Shown here one piece after another: positions 63,778 through 64,000 of a stretch of DNA of 64,000 nucleotides; position 1 is the first letter of the stretch; the number at the start of each line of letters is the position of its first letter. The notes beneath the pieces are model-generated. The model saw only the letters and a list, made by a program, of their open reading frames with translations. It did not search any database and had not been told where the DNA came from. The translations under genes were made by a program, and so were the position numbers. Origin of the DNA: Octopus bimaculoides (Eukaryota); contig NC_068983.1 of the NCBI RefSeq assembly GCF_001194135.2, forward strand, positions 162,645,780 to 162,709,779, read 5' to 3'.

Positions 63778-63962
63778 AATTTTTTTAACCCATAATCTTA
63801 AATCCGAGTATGTAAAACACGGACAGACGATTTAATACATGAAAAATGGCTCCCACCAAACATTACGATCAAAGGTACAGTCAATGGATGGTTACTGTAT
63901 AACACTGCCCTTTGTTCTGTATTCATGTATTTATGTATCTATGTATATACATACATACATTC

Positions 63963-64000
<38 letters not shown>

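Overview
AT-rich, repeat-saturated animal genomic DNA from a gapped assembly; most N-runs sit against (TA)n, (CA)n, (GA)n or (TATG)n tracts. The SINE families resemble those I associate with coleoid cephalopods (Octopus-like); this is an inference, not a database result. No intact host protein-coding gene, rRNA, true tRNA or CRISPR array can be supported, and most ORF-track entries are microsatellite or N-gap artefacts. The window contains three tRNA-derived SINE families (about 20 copies), decayed non-LTR retrotransposons (R4/Dong-like, RTE, a Penelope-like RT with a YRDD motif), and several DNA-transposon derivatives (mariner, Tc1-like, hAT, MULE-like, Helentron-type). The main unexplained signal is a set of minimal type I hammerhead ribozyme (HHR) motifs from several unrelated repeat families. 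One appears intact at the apex of a 136-nt hairpin (55425-55467). Two independent fold-back elements (46106-46611 and 34351-34780) each carry a pair of outward-facing HHRs. All structures were read by eye, so coordinates of decayed elements are approximate.
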